From IMG/VR virus record IMGVR_UViG_3300032322_001062, positions 1 through 63,108 of that record: a stretch of DNA of 63,108 bases; one strand, given 5' to 3'. Position numbers and translations under genes: made by a program. The DNA is from a virus. Taxonomy: Duplodnaviria > Caudoviricetes. Shown in pieces: positions 55,201 to 63,108 of this stretch. The first letter of the stretch is position 1, and each line of letters opens with the position of its first letter. The notes under the pieces were generated by a model. That model searched no databases and was not told the origin of the DNA. It saw nothing but the letters and a program-made list of their open reading frames with translations.

Positions 55201-56333
55201 TAGCTTAGGCTCCGCTTAAGGATTTCGCCAACGGGCAGCGGCCCTGCTTGGCGTTCGGTGCCGGTCTTTTCTTGGCGGACTTGGCGCACCAAGTCGTAGA
55301 GGCGGCGGGCACCAGCGTTAGAAGAACCGTCGCCCATCATGGAGACGACGTCGGCCGGGATGACGAACTCGCCATCCGACAGGGCAGCGGCGCGGCGACC
55401 GTTGATGGAGGTGGGGATCAGGTCGTCGAGGCCGCCACCGGGACCAATGGCCACCTTGCCGCCGCCTTCGAGCGGGACGAGGCCGCCGACCGCAAATTCT
55501 TCGGGCTCTTCATCGTCGACCATGCCACCTTCGGAGAAGGCAAAGGCAGAGGCTGGACCGGGGCCCCGGTTGCGGCCCATATTCGAAGGACGGATTCGTT
55601 CGCCGATGCTACCCGGTGCATATATGTCGCTGCGCAGCACCTGCGATTCGTTGGATAGGCGAGGCATGGCGCCGGACTCAATCCAGCCGATGATTTCACG
55701 GGGACCATAAACAATCTCCCGGCCTTCGGCGTCGCGGTCAACGACCCTGAAGTTCGGGTCGAAGCTCGGCAGGGCGTTGTTCATTTCGCCATATTCGACT
55801 AGATGGCGCAACTGCTGTAGCACCATGTTGCGGGCCCGGTCGTAGCGTTCCTCTTCCGGCACGTTGCGGAGGCGCTGGCCAAGCGCGTTGTTGGCCCGAT
55901 CCCACGTCGCTTGATTGTCGCCGACCATCGAGTTAAGCACGTCGCCACCAAGAAACTCGGTGGCAAAGACGCCTACGGGGCCTGTATAGGATGAACCGAT
56001 CATGTGGCGGATTGCATCGCGGGGACCGCCTGCTCCACCGGGAATACCTTCGGCCTTGGCCCTTTGGTCTGCGGCCATGCCCCGTTCGTTGGGCAGCACA
56101 AAGTTTTCATAGAGCGCCCGGCTAAAACGCTCACGCAGACCGGGGCGGCGTTCCGGTTCAGACACTTCCCCGCCTTCTGCAAAGGCTACCACATCCATAT
56201 CAGAAAAAGCGCCTTGCGGCTGTAATACCTCAGAGTCATCCAGCATACCAAGCTCCATGCGGTCGAGGGCTTCAATCGAGGGATTGAAACCTTGGTAGGC
56301 GGGATAAAAAGAGGCGGTCAGGGAATCGGACAT
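55200..56333 (-). CDS. Virion protein with FxxGG motifs and a GPG..D.IP...LSDGEFV domain
   Basis: FAEGG, FSEGG, FAVGG; internal DAIRH...D.ANN module. Confidence 0.6.
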   Translation of the reverse strand: MSDSLTASFYPAYQGFNPSIEALDRMELGMLDDSEVLQPQGAFSDMDVVAFAEGGEVSEPERRPGLRERFSRALYENFVLPNERGMAADQRAKAEGIPGGAGGPRDAIRHMIGSSYTGPVGVFATEFLGGDVLNSMVGDNQATWDRANNALGQRLRNVPEEERYDRARNMVLQQLRHLVEYGEMNNALPSFDPNFRVVDRDAEGREIVYGPREIIGWIESGAMPRLSNESQVLRSDIYAPGSIGERIRPSNMGRNRGPGPASAFAFSEGGMVDDEEPEEFAVGGLVPLEGGGKVAIGPGGGLDDLIPTSINGRRAAALSDGEFVIPADVVSMMGDGSSNAGARRLYDLVRQVRQEKTGTERQAGPLPVGEILKRSLS

Positions 56334-56353
56334 GGGTCGGCCTTCTAGCAGGT

Positions 56354-56382
56354 ATTATAGCATGAGTGCCGAGGAAAGTAAA
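56354..56382 (-). promoter_or_regulatory. Sigma70-like promoter (extended -10) for the internal-protein operon
   Basis: TTTACT-N17-TATAAT preceded by TG. Confidence 0.6.
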
Positions 56383-56383
56383 C

Positions 56384-56656
56384 CTAACGAACGTCGACGA
56401 AGTTGCTGGCTTGCAGGGCCAGAAGGAGCTTGCCAACGACGTTCGTGAGGACGGTGACCGAAGGGTTCAGCATGTCGACGGTCAGGGGCGCGGAGACGGT
56501 GCCTTGCACGATGAACTGGGGGCGGGTACGGCGGCCCGGGTCGAACAGGTCGCTTTGTTCGAGGACCTTGATGAGTTGGTTCCAGACTTCGCGGGAGGAA
56601 GCATCCCACTCGGCGGGGGCCGAAGGGAAGGACCGGGAAGAGATGCGGCGGGTCAT
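56384..56656 (-). CDS. Small tail-module protein
   Basis: ATGA coupling with the upstream tail gene. Confidence 0.6.
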   Translation of the reverse strand: MTRRISSRSFPSAPAEWDASSREVWNQLIKVLEQSDLFDPGRRTRPQFIVQGTVSAPLTVDMLNPSVTVLTNVVGKLLLALQASNFVDVR

Positions 56657-58509
56657 CGCAGGCCGTCAGGCTCGATTGCCATGCGGAACTGACCCATGCG
56701 CCACGGCACGTTGGAGGACGTGGAGGACTGGATTTGGATGGCCAGTTCCCGGCCCCGCAGACGGGTCGAGATTTTTTGGGTGTTGCCGGTCACGGCGAAG
56801 GGGCCCTTGGTGATGACCGGGCCGCCCGGATATTTGCGGGCTTGGAGGGAGATGTTGAGGGTCCCGGTGTAGGGCGTGTTGTCCGACAGGTTGGAGAAGT
56901 CGGGCACGAACTTGTTGACGAAGAGGATGGAGTTGCCGCCTTCTTGGTCGAAGTACGCGCCCTCAAGATTGGCCGCCAAGGCAGAGGTATCGGCAGCATA
57001 ACCAGCTTCCTGATAGTACAGGTTGGCGGGGTTGTCGTCAATAGCGAGCGGGTAGAGGAAGGTGTTGCTGTCCTCCCAGACCGTGCGCGGCATGGTGCCA
57101 ATGGTCCAGTGCTTCTCGCGCGTGTTGTAAATGACGTAGCGGTCGTTCTCGCCATTGGGCGAATCCTTCGACGGGTAGAACCACATGACTTCGTCGAAGG
57201 TCGCGTTGGTTGCGGCGTAGATTTTGTCTTCGTAAAGTGGGTCGATGTTGTCGTAGACGAAGCGCAGCACCGTGCATTCGATGGGGCGCAGGCGACCGTC
57301 GTACTGAAAGAACTGGCCGCTGGGTGACATCCAGTACAGGGTGCCGCTGTATTCGATGGCTGCGTTCCGGGCAATGACGCCGCACTGTTCGCCGACGGCG
57401 GTGAAGCCGAAGACGTCGTTGCCACCGATGTACGATTGGATGTACATATCGTTGTCGGTGAGGATAGCGGTCTTGTCGCTCCATCGAACGACCGAGCGGA
57501 TTTCGGAGCCACGGCTGGGCAGCGGGTAGTCGCCTGCGGTGTTGGTTGCGGAGGGCGTCCAGTCGGTGAAGTCTTCTTGGCTGCACCAGCGAACGAGCAG
57601 CGGGCTGTAAGTGCCCGAAATGTCGTGGGTGCCATAGACGAGGACGTGCCGAGCTTCGGAAGCAACACGCACGATCTGGTTGACGGAGGGTGCGGCCGTG
57701 ACGATAGTGACGCGAGTAGTGATGCCGCCGCCCGTATTCCAATACATGAGAGGGCCGTTGGAGGGCACGGCAAAAATGTCGGTACCCCACAGGTCTGCGG
57801 ACCAGAGGCGGATGGGATCGGAGACGGTGCCGAGGGCTGTGCCCCAACCGAAGTTGCCGCTCCACGGGCCCGTGCCCCAGCCCGAGCGCGGAATGGTCGA
57901 GATGTTGCCGGACTTGTAGCGGAGGCGGATGCTGGCCTGCCCACCGGTATTGGCGGAAGTTGCGGCGGCCGTGGTGCCCACGTTAATTCGGAAGCTGTTG
58001 TTGTCGACGACGCTGACCTCGAAGAGGACTTCGGTCGAGGTGTCAGCGTTGATGATGATGTTGCCGCCAATGGTCGTCGCAGCCGAGACGATGCCGACGA
58101 GGGACTGATCGGTCAGACCGTGCGTCGAGACGGAGACAAGAACTTCGGTCGAGCCGGCGCTGGTCGAAAAGACGTTGGTCGAGGAGACGGAAGTTACGAC
58201 CGGCGTGATTTCGTAGAAGGTCGAAAGCTCGCTGGAGAACAGGCCGTTGTTGGTGGCGATGAAGGCGGCAGCTTGGCTAAGGCGGTTGCGGACAGACGTA
58301 AGGTAGCGGGGGACGCCAAAGATTTTGGGGTCCTGCGAAGGGTCAATGGCACGCTGCCAGCCACCCATGAGTTCGGGGCGACCATAGCGGAAGCGCACCT
58401 TGTCGGCGTCAGTCCAGAAGCCGCCCGCGTCAAGCTGGGTCTTCTCCTTGACGACGCCGACTTTGAACTCCAGTTCTCGAAGCTGCTGGTCTTGGAGCGT
58501 GACCGACAT
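56653..58509 (-). CDS. Tail nozzle/stabilisation protein (podovirus type)
   Basis: DKVRFRYG.PE.MGGW, VRWCSQED.TDW, EVMWFYPS, WRMGQFR...PDG.R. Confidence 0.75.
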   Translation of the reverse strand: MSVTLQDQQLRELEFKVGVVKEKTQLDAGGFWTDADKVRFRYGRPELMGGWQRAIDPSQDPKIFGVPRYLTSVRNRLSQAAAFIATNNGLFSSELSTFYEITPVVTSVSSTNVFSTSAGSTEVLVSVSTHGLTDQSLVGIVSAATTIGGNIIINADTSTEVLFEVSVVDNNSFRINVGTTAAATSANTGGQASIRLRYKSGNISTIPRSGWGTGPWSGNFGWGTALGTVSDPIRLWSADLWGTDIFAVPSNGPLMYWNTGGGITTRVTIVTAAPSVNQIVRVASEARHVLVYGTHDISGTYSPLLVRWCSQEDFTDWTPSATNTAGDYPLPSRGSEIRSVVRWSDKTAILTDNDMYIQSYIGGNDVFGFTAVGEQCGVIARNAAIEYSGTLYWMSPSGQFFQYDGRLRPIECTVLRFVYDNIDPLYEDKIYAATNATFDEVMWFYPSKDSPNGENDRYVIYNTREKHWTIGTMPRTVWEDSNTFLYPLAIDDNPANLYYQEAGYAADTSALAANLEGAYFDQEGGNSILFVNKFVPDFSNLSDNTPYTGTLNISLQARKYPGGPVITKGPFAVTGNTQKISTRLRGRELAIQIQSSTSSNVPWRMGQFRMAIEPDGLR

Positions 58510-58512
58510 GTA

Positions 58513-59535
58513 TTAGGTCTTGATGATGTAGTTGGACGCGACGTAGGGCGGCGTGACGGAGTGGGTGTGAACCGCCCCTTCGCCGGTAGCATTGGTGGTA
58601 AAGGTATGGGTGTGCGCGCCATTCAGCGTACTGAGGAGCGGGTCGGGCGTGGCGGCAATGGCGCCGATTGGCACGTTGTTCCACGCAGCGATGTTACCCG
58701 AGCCACCACGCAGCGGGGTGACGCCGTCAGAACCGGCGAGGGTGTGGCGGTGTTCGCCACTGGAACCGGTGGTGCCGGTGTGGGTGTGGCTGGGAAGCTG
58801 GGCGGTGGTAAGGGCTGTACCGCCAGAGGTGGTCGAGCCGCCCGTCGAACCGCGCGCAACGGTGCCGCTGGCGCCAATACCGAAACGGTCACGGCGATCA
58901 GGCAGGTTGAAGGTCGTAGAGTTGTCGCCCACGCCGTAGGCAGTGCCGATGATGGCGAAGAGGGCGGCGTAGGTGGTGCGGCTGACAGCAGCGCCGTCGC
59001 AGAGAAGCCAGCCGGACGGAGCAGAGGCGCCGCCGTATTCCATCATGGCGCCGGGCGGGATGATAGCACCAAGAACTGCTTGGGCGGCGGTCGCGCTGGT
59101 AGCGGCGAGGAAGGTTTTGGTGTAGGGCGTGGCGCCGATGGAGTCGACGCAGGTCGTGCTGGTGCAGACCGAGATGGTCGGGCCGGTCGTCGGGATGACA
59201 ACGCCGCTGCCGCCGGACTGCTTGAGCGTGACGGTGAAGGAGCCAGACGTCTGGTTGATGACGGTGTAGTTCTTGGGCGAAGACGGGACGATGATGTTGC
59301 GGTCGCCGGTCAGCGTGCCCGTGAGGATGAGGATGGCTTGGCGAGCCTGATCTTCGGCGCCGTTGGAGGTCGAAAGGGTGTAATCGCCGGAACCCGCGAC
59401 GTTGAGAGTGACCGCGCCCGCAATGGACTCTGCCAGCAGTTCGAGGTTGGTGTTGGTCTTGACGCCCCAAGTGGTGGCGTTCTCGCCGGTCGCCTGTAGT
59501 TCGAGGCGAAGCAGCGGATCATAAGTCGAGGGCAT
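58513..59535 (-). CDS. Tail fibre/collar-domain protein
   Basis: TGEN.TTWG.KTN.N; PSGWLLCDGAAVSRTTYAALF...TFNLPD collar motif. Confidence 0.85.
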   Translation of the reverse strand: MPSTYDPLLRLELQATGENATTWGVKTNTNLELLAESIAGAVTLNVAGSGDYTLSTSNGAEDQARQAILILTGTLTGDRNIIVPSSPKNYTVINQTSGSFTVTLKQSGGSGVVIPTTGPTISVCTSTTCVDSIGATPYTKTFLAATSATAAQAVLGAIIPPGAMMEYGGASAPSGWLLCDGAAVSRTTYAALFAIIGTAYGVGDNSTTFNLPDRRDRFGIGASGTVARGSTGGSTTSGGTALTTAQLPSHTHTGTTGSSGEHRHTLAGSDGVTPLRGGSGNIAAWNNVPIGAIAATPDPLLSTLNGAHTHTFTTNATGEGAVHTHSVTPPYVASNYIIKT

Positions 59536-59795
59536 TACTTGCGCTCCTCAAGGATGCGGGTTACTTTGTCGTCAATTCTATTTAGCACAGTTGTCAGCTT
59601 GTTTTCAAGATCGGAGACAACCTCTCGCGTGGCGAAGTCTTTGTTGACTTGGGCGACGTGGTTGTGATGAAGCTCCTGAATGTGTTCGGCTTTCTTTTGC
59701 ACGGCCGAAATCTCCCGATGCAGATAGGCGCCGTAAGCCAGCAGAAGTGGCCACAGGAAGGTTGCAACGAAATCGAAAACAAGCTTGACGTCCAT
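59535..59795 (-). CDS. Small membrane-anchored coiled-coil protein
   Basis: N-terminal TM segment, C-terminal LNRIDDKV. Confidence 0.6.
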   Translation of the reverse strand: MDVKLVFDFVATFLWPLLLAYGAYLHREISAVQKKAEHIQELHHNHVAQVNKDFATREVVSDLENKLTTVLNRIDDKVTRILEERK

Positions 59796-59805
59796 GTGAG
59801 TGTCC

Positions 59806-60117
59806 TTATGCTGGACTGCTCATAGAGGGATTCCAGACCACCGTAGTGACCAGGATGTTTGCGCCATCTTCGGTGAGGAGATAGGCGTCGTTTTCTTGAG
59901 CAAGAAAGTTGTCGAGGTTCTGAAGCGGGCGGCCGTCAGGCACCTTCTTAGATTCGAAGCGCGGCCGGGGTGGCCGGTTCTGCGGATGCTTCTTAAGATC
60001 GTAGGCGCCGTCGTAGCAGGCAGTGCAGACGACGAGCTTAGTAGATTCCTTGTGTAGCTGCCGACGAAAGTACTTCTGGCCGCAGCGGTCACAGAGGGAC
60101 CAGACGTTCATCCTCAT
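59806..60117 (-). CDS. Zn-finger virion-module protein (paralog B)
   Basis: CDRCG...VCTACYD...HPQ; LLTEDG tail. Confidence 0.7.
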   Translation of the reverse strand: MRMNVWSLCDRCGQKYFRRQLHKESTKLVVCTACYDGAYDLKKHPQNRPPRPRFESKKVPDGRPLQNLDNFLAQENDAYLLTEDGANILVTTVVWNPSMSSPA

Positions 60118-60119
60118 GG

Positions 60120-60338
60120 CTAGGAACCATAGTTAGTCTGGTCAGGCCGCGCATCAGGAACTTGTTGGAGTTCGCGGCGGGGCTTGGCCGAATAGTTTTG
60201 GGGGTGGCTCTTCTTGTCGAAGCGACCATCGAAGCAGGCGTAGCAGACGACGAAGTTGGTAGTTTCCTTGCGGAGGTCGCGGCGCTTGTAGTCGAAACCA
60301 CAGCGGTCGCAGACCGACCACATGTCGAGGACCGACAT
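60120..60338 (-). CDS. Zn-finger virion-module protein (paralog A)
   Basis: TAATG coupling; CDRCGFDY...VCYACFD...HPQ...DARPD. Confidence 0.7.
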   Translation of the reverse strand: MSVLDMWSVCDRCGFDYKRRDLRKETTNFVVCYACFDGRFDKKSHPQNYSAKPRRELQQVPDARPDQTNYGS

Positions 60339-60991
60339 TACGGCGTCCCCGCGATGGTGTTCTCTGGCGATCCGTTGAAGCGGTTGGAGGTGTCGGAACG
60401 GCGAGCCCGCGTCGACTCGATGTTGAGGACGGCGAGTTCTTCGTCGAGAATAGTCTTCCACACCGTGACGGCGCCCGCGTTCTTGGTCCACGCATTGGCG
60501 TACAGCATGGTCGCCGCGAAGAGGGCCGTGTCGGTGTAGGTGGCGAAGTAGTTGGTTGGATGCGCCGAGCTAAGGACAGTGACGCGCGGGATGTATTCGA
60601 TGAGGGCCGTGGTGTTGGACGGCGGCGTAGGCGCCAGATAGATGGTGGCGTTGTCCTTGGGCGCATAGTACTTGGTGGGGGCGCAGGACGTGTAGTCCGG
60701 CCAGTACGCGGTCAGGTACTCGTTGTTCTGTTCGAGCAGGTTGTTCCAGCCGCCCGTCGCACACACCTGGATGGACTTGAGGACGAGGAGGTCGGAGGGT
60801 AGGGTCAGGGTGCGCGTCGAGGCGCTGACCGAGACTTCGGTGAAGGTGATGATGTTGACCGGATCGAGACGGCGCTGCAAGTGGGACTGGGCGCGCTCGA
60901 TGATGGAGGGCAGGGCCGAGACGAACTCAGCCGAGTCTTCCTCCATGTTGGCGATGACGTCGTTGGTCAGGGTGGTGTAGGTGTATGGCAT
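60338..60991 (-). CDS. Head-tail adaptor-like protein
   Basis: YTTLT..., PTKYYA...LAPTP, ALFAATM motifs. Confidence 0.65.
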   Translation of the reverse strand: MPYTYTTLTNDVIANMEEDSAEFVSALPSIIERAQSHLQRRLDPVNIITFTEVSVSASTRTLTLPSDLLVLKSIQVCATGGWNNLLEQNNEYLTAYWPDYTSCAPTKYYAPKDNATIYLAPTPPSNTTALIEYIPRVTVLSSAHPTNYFATYTDTALFAATMLYANAWTKNAGAVTVWKTILDEELAVLNIESTRARRSDTSNRFNGSPENTIAGTP

Positions 60992-61653
60992 TAGCGGCCG
61001 ATCCTGATCAGGATTTTGCCGCGCTCACGGTCTTCACGCATGGCGCCCTTGAGGGCACGCTCGTATTCGGCGCGAATGAAGTTGAGGCGGTCGGTCGAAA
61101 CGGTGTTGCCGCGACGGAGGCCGATCCAGTAGGCGAGGCCGTAGACGAGGGCAGGCATGAAGCGCCGGGGGACGTCCACGTTGTCGAAGGCACGCAACGT
61201 GTTTTCGGCGTTCTTCTGGATGGTGAGGACGACCGTGTAGGTTTGGTCGGGGACTGGCCAGAAGTTCATGACGTTGGTAGTGCGACGGCGATCCCACCAA
61301 TAGCGGGTCGGGCGGCCAGACTGGGACTTGGTAGGGACTTCCGCCCAACGCTCATAGCCGTCGCGGTCAATGAGGATGTCGGTGGTGGAAGTGCGGATGC
61401 TGGCGACGAGGACGTCCGAGATGGTCTGGTCGAAGGTCAGCGAGGAGACCGACGCCGAGACGGGGACGATGGTGGTTTCGATCTTGTGGAGAAGGACGTT
61501 CCTGTTCTGGAGGTCCGTCAGCATGTAGTCGAGGCCGCGCCGCGCGCTGATTAGTTCGTCAGCAAGGACGGGCCCGCCGCCAACCATCGCGGCAGCATCC
61601 TGCAAAAGATCATCGAACGTGGGGTCGAAGTTGGATGTGCCGCTGGTTGCCAC
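60991..61653 (-). CDS. Tail tubular A/adaptor-like protein
   Basis: MATSGT..F, ARRGL, GRPTRYW, WPVPD, VP.RF.PALV.GLAY. Confidence 0.7.
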   Translation of the reverse strand: MATSGTSNFDPTFDDLLQDAAAMVGGGPVLADELISARRGLDYMLTDLQNRNVLLHKIETTIVPVSASVSSLTFDQTISDVLVASIRTSTTDILIDRDGYERWAEVPTKSQSGRPTRYWWDRRRTTNVMNFWPVPDQTYTVVLTIQKNAENTLRAFDNVDVPRRFMPALVYGLAYWIGLRRGNTVSTDRLNFIRAEYERALKGAMREDRERGKILIRIGR

Positions 61654-61668
61654 GGTCGTTACTTTCCG

Positions 61669-61983
61669 TTACACCACCCCGTAGATGGTGACAAGCGGGC
61701 CACCGCCAGCGTAGGAGGAGCGAACAAAGGGAACGTCAAGGCTGAAGGGGACGACCGTGCTGGCCGCGTTAGCGGACACTTCAGCGAAGGCGATCCATGG
61801 GCCGGCAGTGGTTGGTGCGGCTTCGAGGAAGATGGTCGGGCCGGCAGCGGCGCTCTTCTGGACGAAGAAGGTGCGGACTGGCGTGCCGTCGAAACGGTAA
61901 TCGAGATCGATGGCGGGGCTGGTGGTGGCCGCCGAAGTCGACACTTGGAAAGGGACGAGGCGAATAGCCTTAATGGCGGGCAT
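61669..61983 (-). CDS. Small virion protein
   Basis: AGGAG RBS; beta-rich sequence. Confidence 0.6.
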   Translation of the reverse strand: MPAIKAIRLVPFQVSTSAATTSPAIDLDYRFDGTPVRTFFVQKSAAAGPTIFLEAAPTTAGPWIAFAEVSANAASTVVPFSLDVPFVRSSYAGGGPLVTIYGVV

Positions 61984-62002
61984 CCGGGGCTCCTATGTAG
62001 GA

Positions 62003-62034
62003 AAGGCAGGACCCGCCGAAGCAAGCCCTGCCAA
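62003..62034 (-). terminator. Intrinsic terminator-like hairpin
   Basis: GGCAGGGCTTGC-TTCG-GCGGGTCCTGCC-TTT. Confidence 0.6.
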
Positions 62035-62040
62035 ACCCTG

Positions 62041-62484
62041 TTAGATAATCTGAACGTGAACGATGACCGAACCGGTAGTCACCGCAGACGTATCAATAGA
62101 CACAACCGCCTGGATCGTGGTATCCACCGCGAAGGGGATGGCGTTTACCGAGATCTGGGCGGCAGTCGGCGCGTAGTTCTGGCGCCGGGCAGTATTGACG
62201 CTGGTGGCCGCCTTGATGCGAGTAGGGGCAGCCGCCGTACCAATGTTGAAGTTGGTCGTCGTGTTGTCGTAGCCGGTCGTGATGTCGAGGGTAGCCTCAT
62301 AAACGCGAGAACCCTCGGGCGCCACAAACAGCGGGATGGTAGTCACGCCCGCAGCCGTACCGGTCTGGGCGGTGCCGACAGTAATGGACCAGCGGCCAGA
62401 AACGCGGCCTTCTCGCATGCTGACGACGTCGGGACCAAGCGGTTCGTGGCCACGGATGTTGACAGGATAGCTAAACGTAGTCAT
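62041..62484 (-). CDS. Virion structural protein
   Basis: MTTFSYPV start, AAGGAG RBS; directly after the capsid gene. Confidence 0.65.
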   Translation of the reverse strand: MTTFSYPVNIRGHEPLGPDVVSMREGRVSGRWSITVGTAQTGTAAGVTTIPLFVAPEGSRVYEATLDITTGYDNTTTNFNIGTAAAPTRIKAATSVNTARRQNYAPTAAQISVNAIPFAVDTTIQAVVSIDTSAVTTGSVIVHVQII

Positions 62485-62507
62485 CTGATTCTCCTTTGCG
62501 ATGGAGG

Positions 62508-62526
62508 AAAGGGGGCCGAAGCCCCC
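62508..62526 (-). terminator. Terminator after the major capsid gene
   Basis: GGGGGC-TTCG-GCCCCC-TTT. Confidence 0.75.
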
Positions 62527-62532
62527 AATCCA

Positions 62533-62985
62533 TTAGGTCGAACCAGACGAACCAAACCACTGACGCCAGTCAGACCAGCCGAAGCTGTAACGCTCGCGGG
62601 CCTTGTAGCGCATGTTGCCGGTCAGGAAGTCCACATCGTCCTTCGTGGCCAGCGGCGCGCGGATGAACATCTTGGTGCCGTTCGGAACGTCCGTGCGGAT
62701 AAACCAAGCGTTCGGGTCCGTGAACCGATGGTTGACGGTGTAGCCCTTCGAGAACAGGCCCATGTCCTTCATGGCGTTCGTGTCGTTGTCCGCAGTGCCG
62801 ACCCGGAGATCCGAGAACAGAATGCGGTGGGCAACGAACTGAAGCTGCGGAGGAATGTGCAGGCTCACGGCGCGGGCGCCGATCAGCAGGCCACGGTCGT
62901 CCTTGGTCAGCGAGATCGTGATCAGCGCGGACTCAAGGGCGGTCTCGGACAGGTCCGAGCTAACGCGGTTGGACTGGGTGCCGGC
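62533..62985 (-). CDS. Major capsid protein, C-terminal part
   Basis: GDGKPLFATDHP, LTDPNAWF-like FTDPNAWF, YKARERYSFGWSDWR. Confidence 0.9.
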   Translation of the reverse strand, partial: AGTQSNRVSSDLSETALESALITISLTKDDRGLLIGARAVSLHIPPQLQFVAHRILFSDLRVGTADNDTNAMKDMGLFSKGYTVNHRFTDPNAWFIRTDVPNGTKMFIRAPLATKDDVDFLTGNMRYKARERYSFGWSDWRQWFGSSGST

Positions 62986-63108
62986 CGCGAGGGTCGGGTG
63001 GTCAGTCGCAAACAGCGGCTTGCCGTCGCCGCCAGCGTAGAGCGAGCTAGTGGAGAAGCCGTTGTTGTAGACGTTGGCGGCCTTGACCTGCTTGGCATTC
63101 GCCATCGC
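62986..63108. repeat. Terminal overlap copy of 1..123
   Basis: Exact match. Confidence 0.97.

Noticed and set aside
62986-63108. 123-bp terminal repeat as a biological direct terminal repeat
   Set aside because: It falls mid-capsid gene and is best explained as assembler overlap of a circular contig.

Overview
The window looks like a complete, circularly assembled genome (about 62,985 bp plus a 123-bp terminal overlap that splits the major capsid gene) of a GC-rich, apparently lytic, podovirus-like tailed phage. The host is probably an alphaproteobacterium (inference). Minus-strand blocks carry head and packaging genes (capsid, scaffold, GroES, portal, TerL/TerS), a standalone P-loop helicase-like ATPase, tail fibres, nrdJ/thyX, two glycosylation genes, large internal/ejection proteins and tail/adaptor genes. 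The plus-strand block (22.6-43.5 kb) carries early small ORFs, a GP88-like gene, rIIA/rIIB, an exonuclease-Sak4-SSB recombination module, a C5 methylase, a split UDG-exo/PolA, dUTPase, holin/endolysin and small basic proteins. I recognised no integrase, RNA polymerase, primase or prohead protease; transcription appears to use sigma70-type promoters. Most interesting signals: (1) a [FYMK]-x-x-G-G-x-[VIL] motif shared by five late/internal proteins, bracketing effector-like domains; (2) two copies of a GTGAG/CTCAC iteron element whose motif also covers the helicase promoter, next to a promoter-driven structured RNA, in a genome with no recognisable primase; (3) a DNA polymerase split inside its exonuclease domain, with His at position 762. 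All family assignments are from motif recognition by eye, not database searches.
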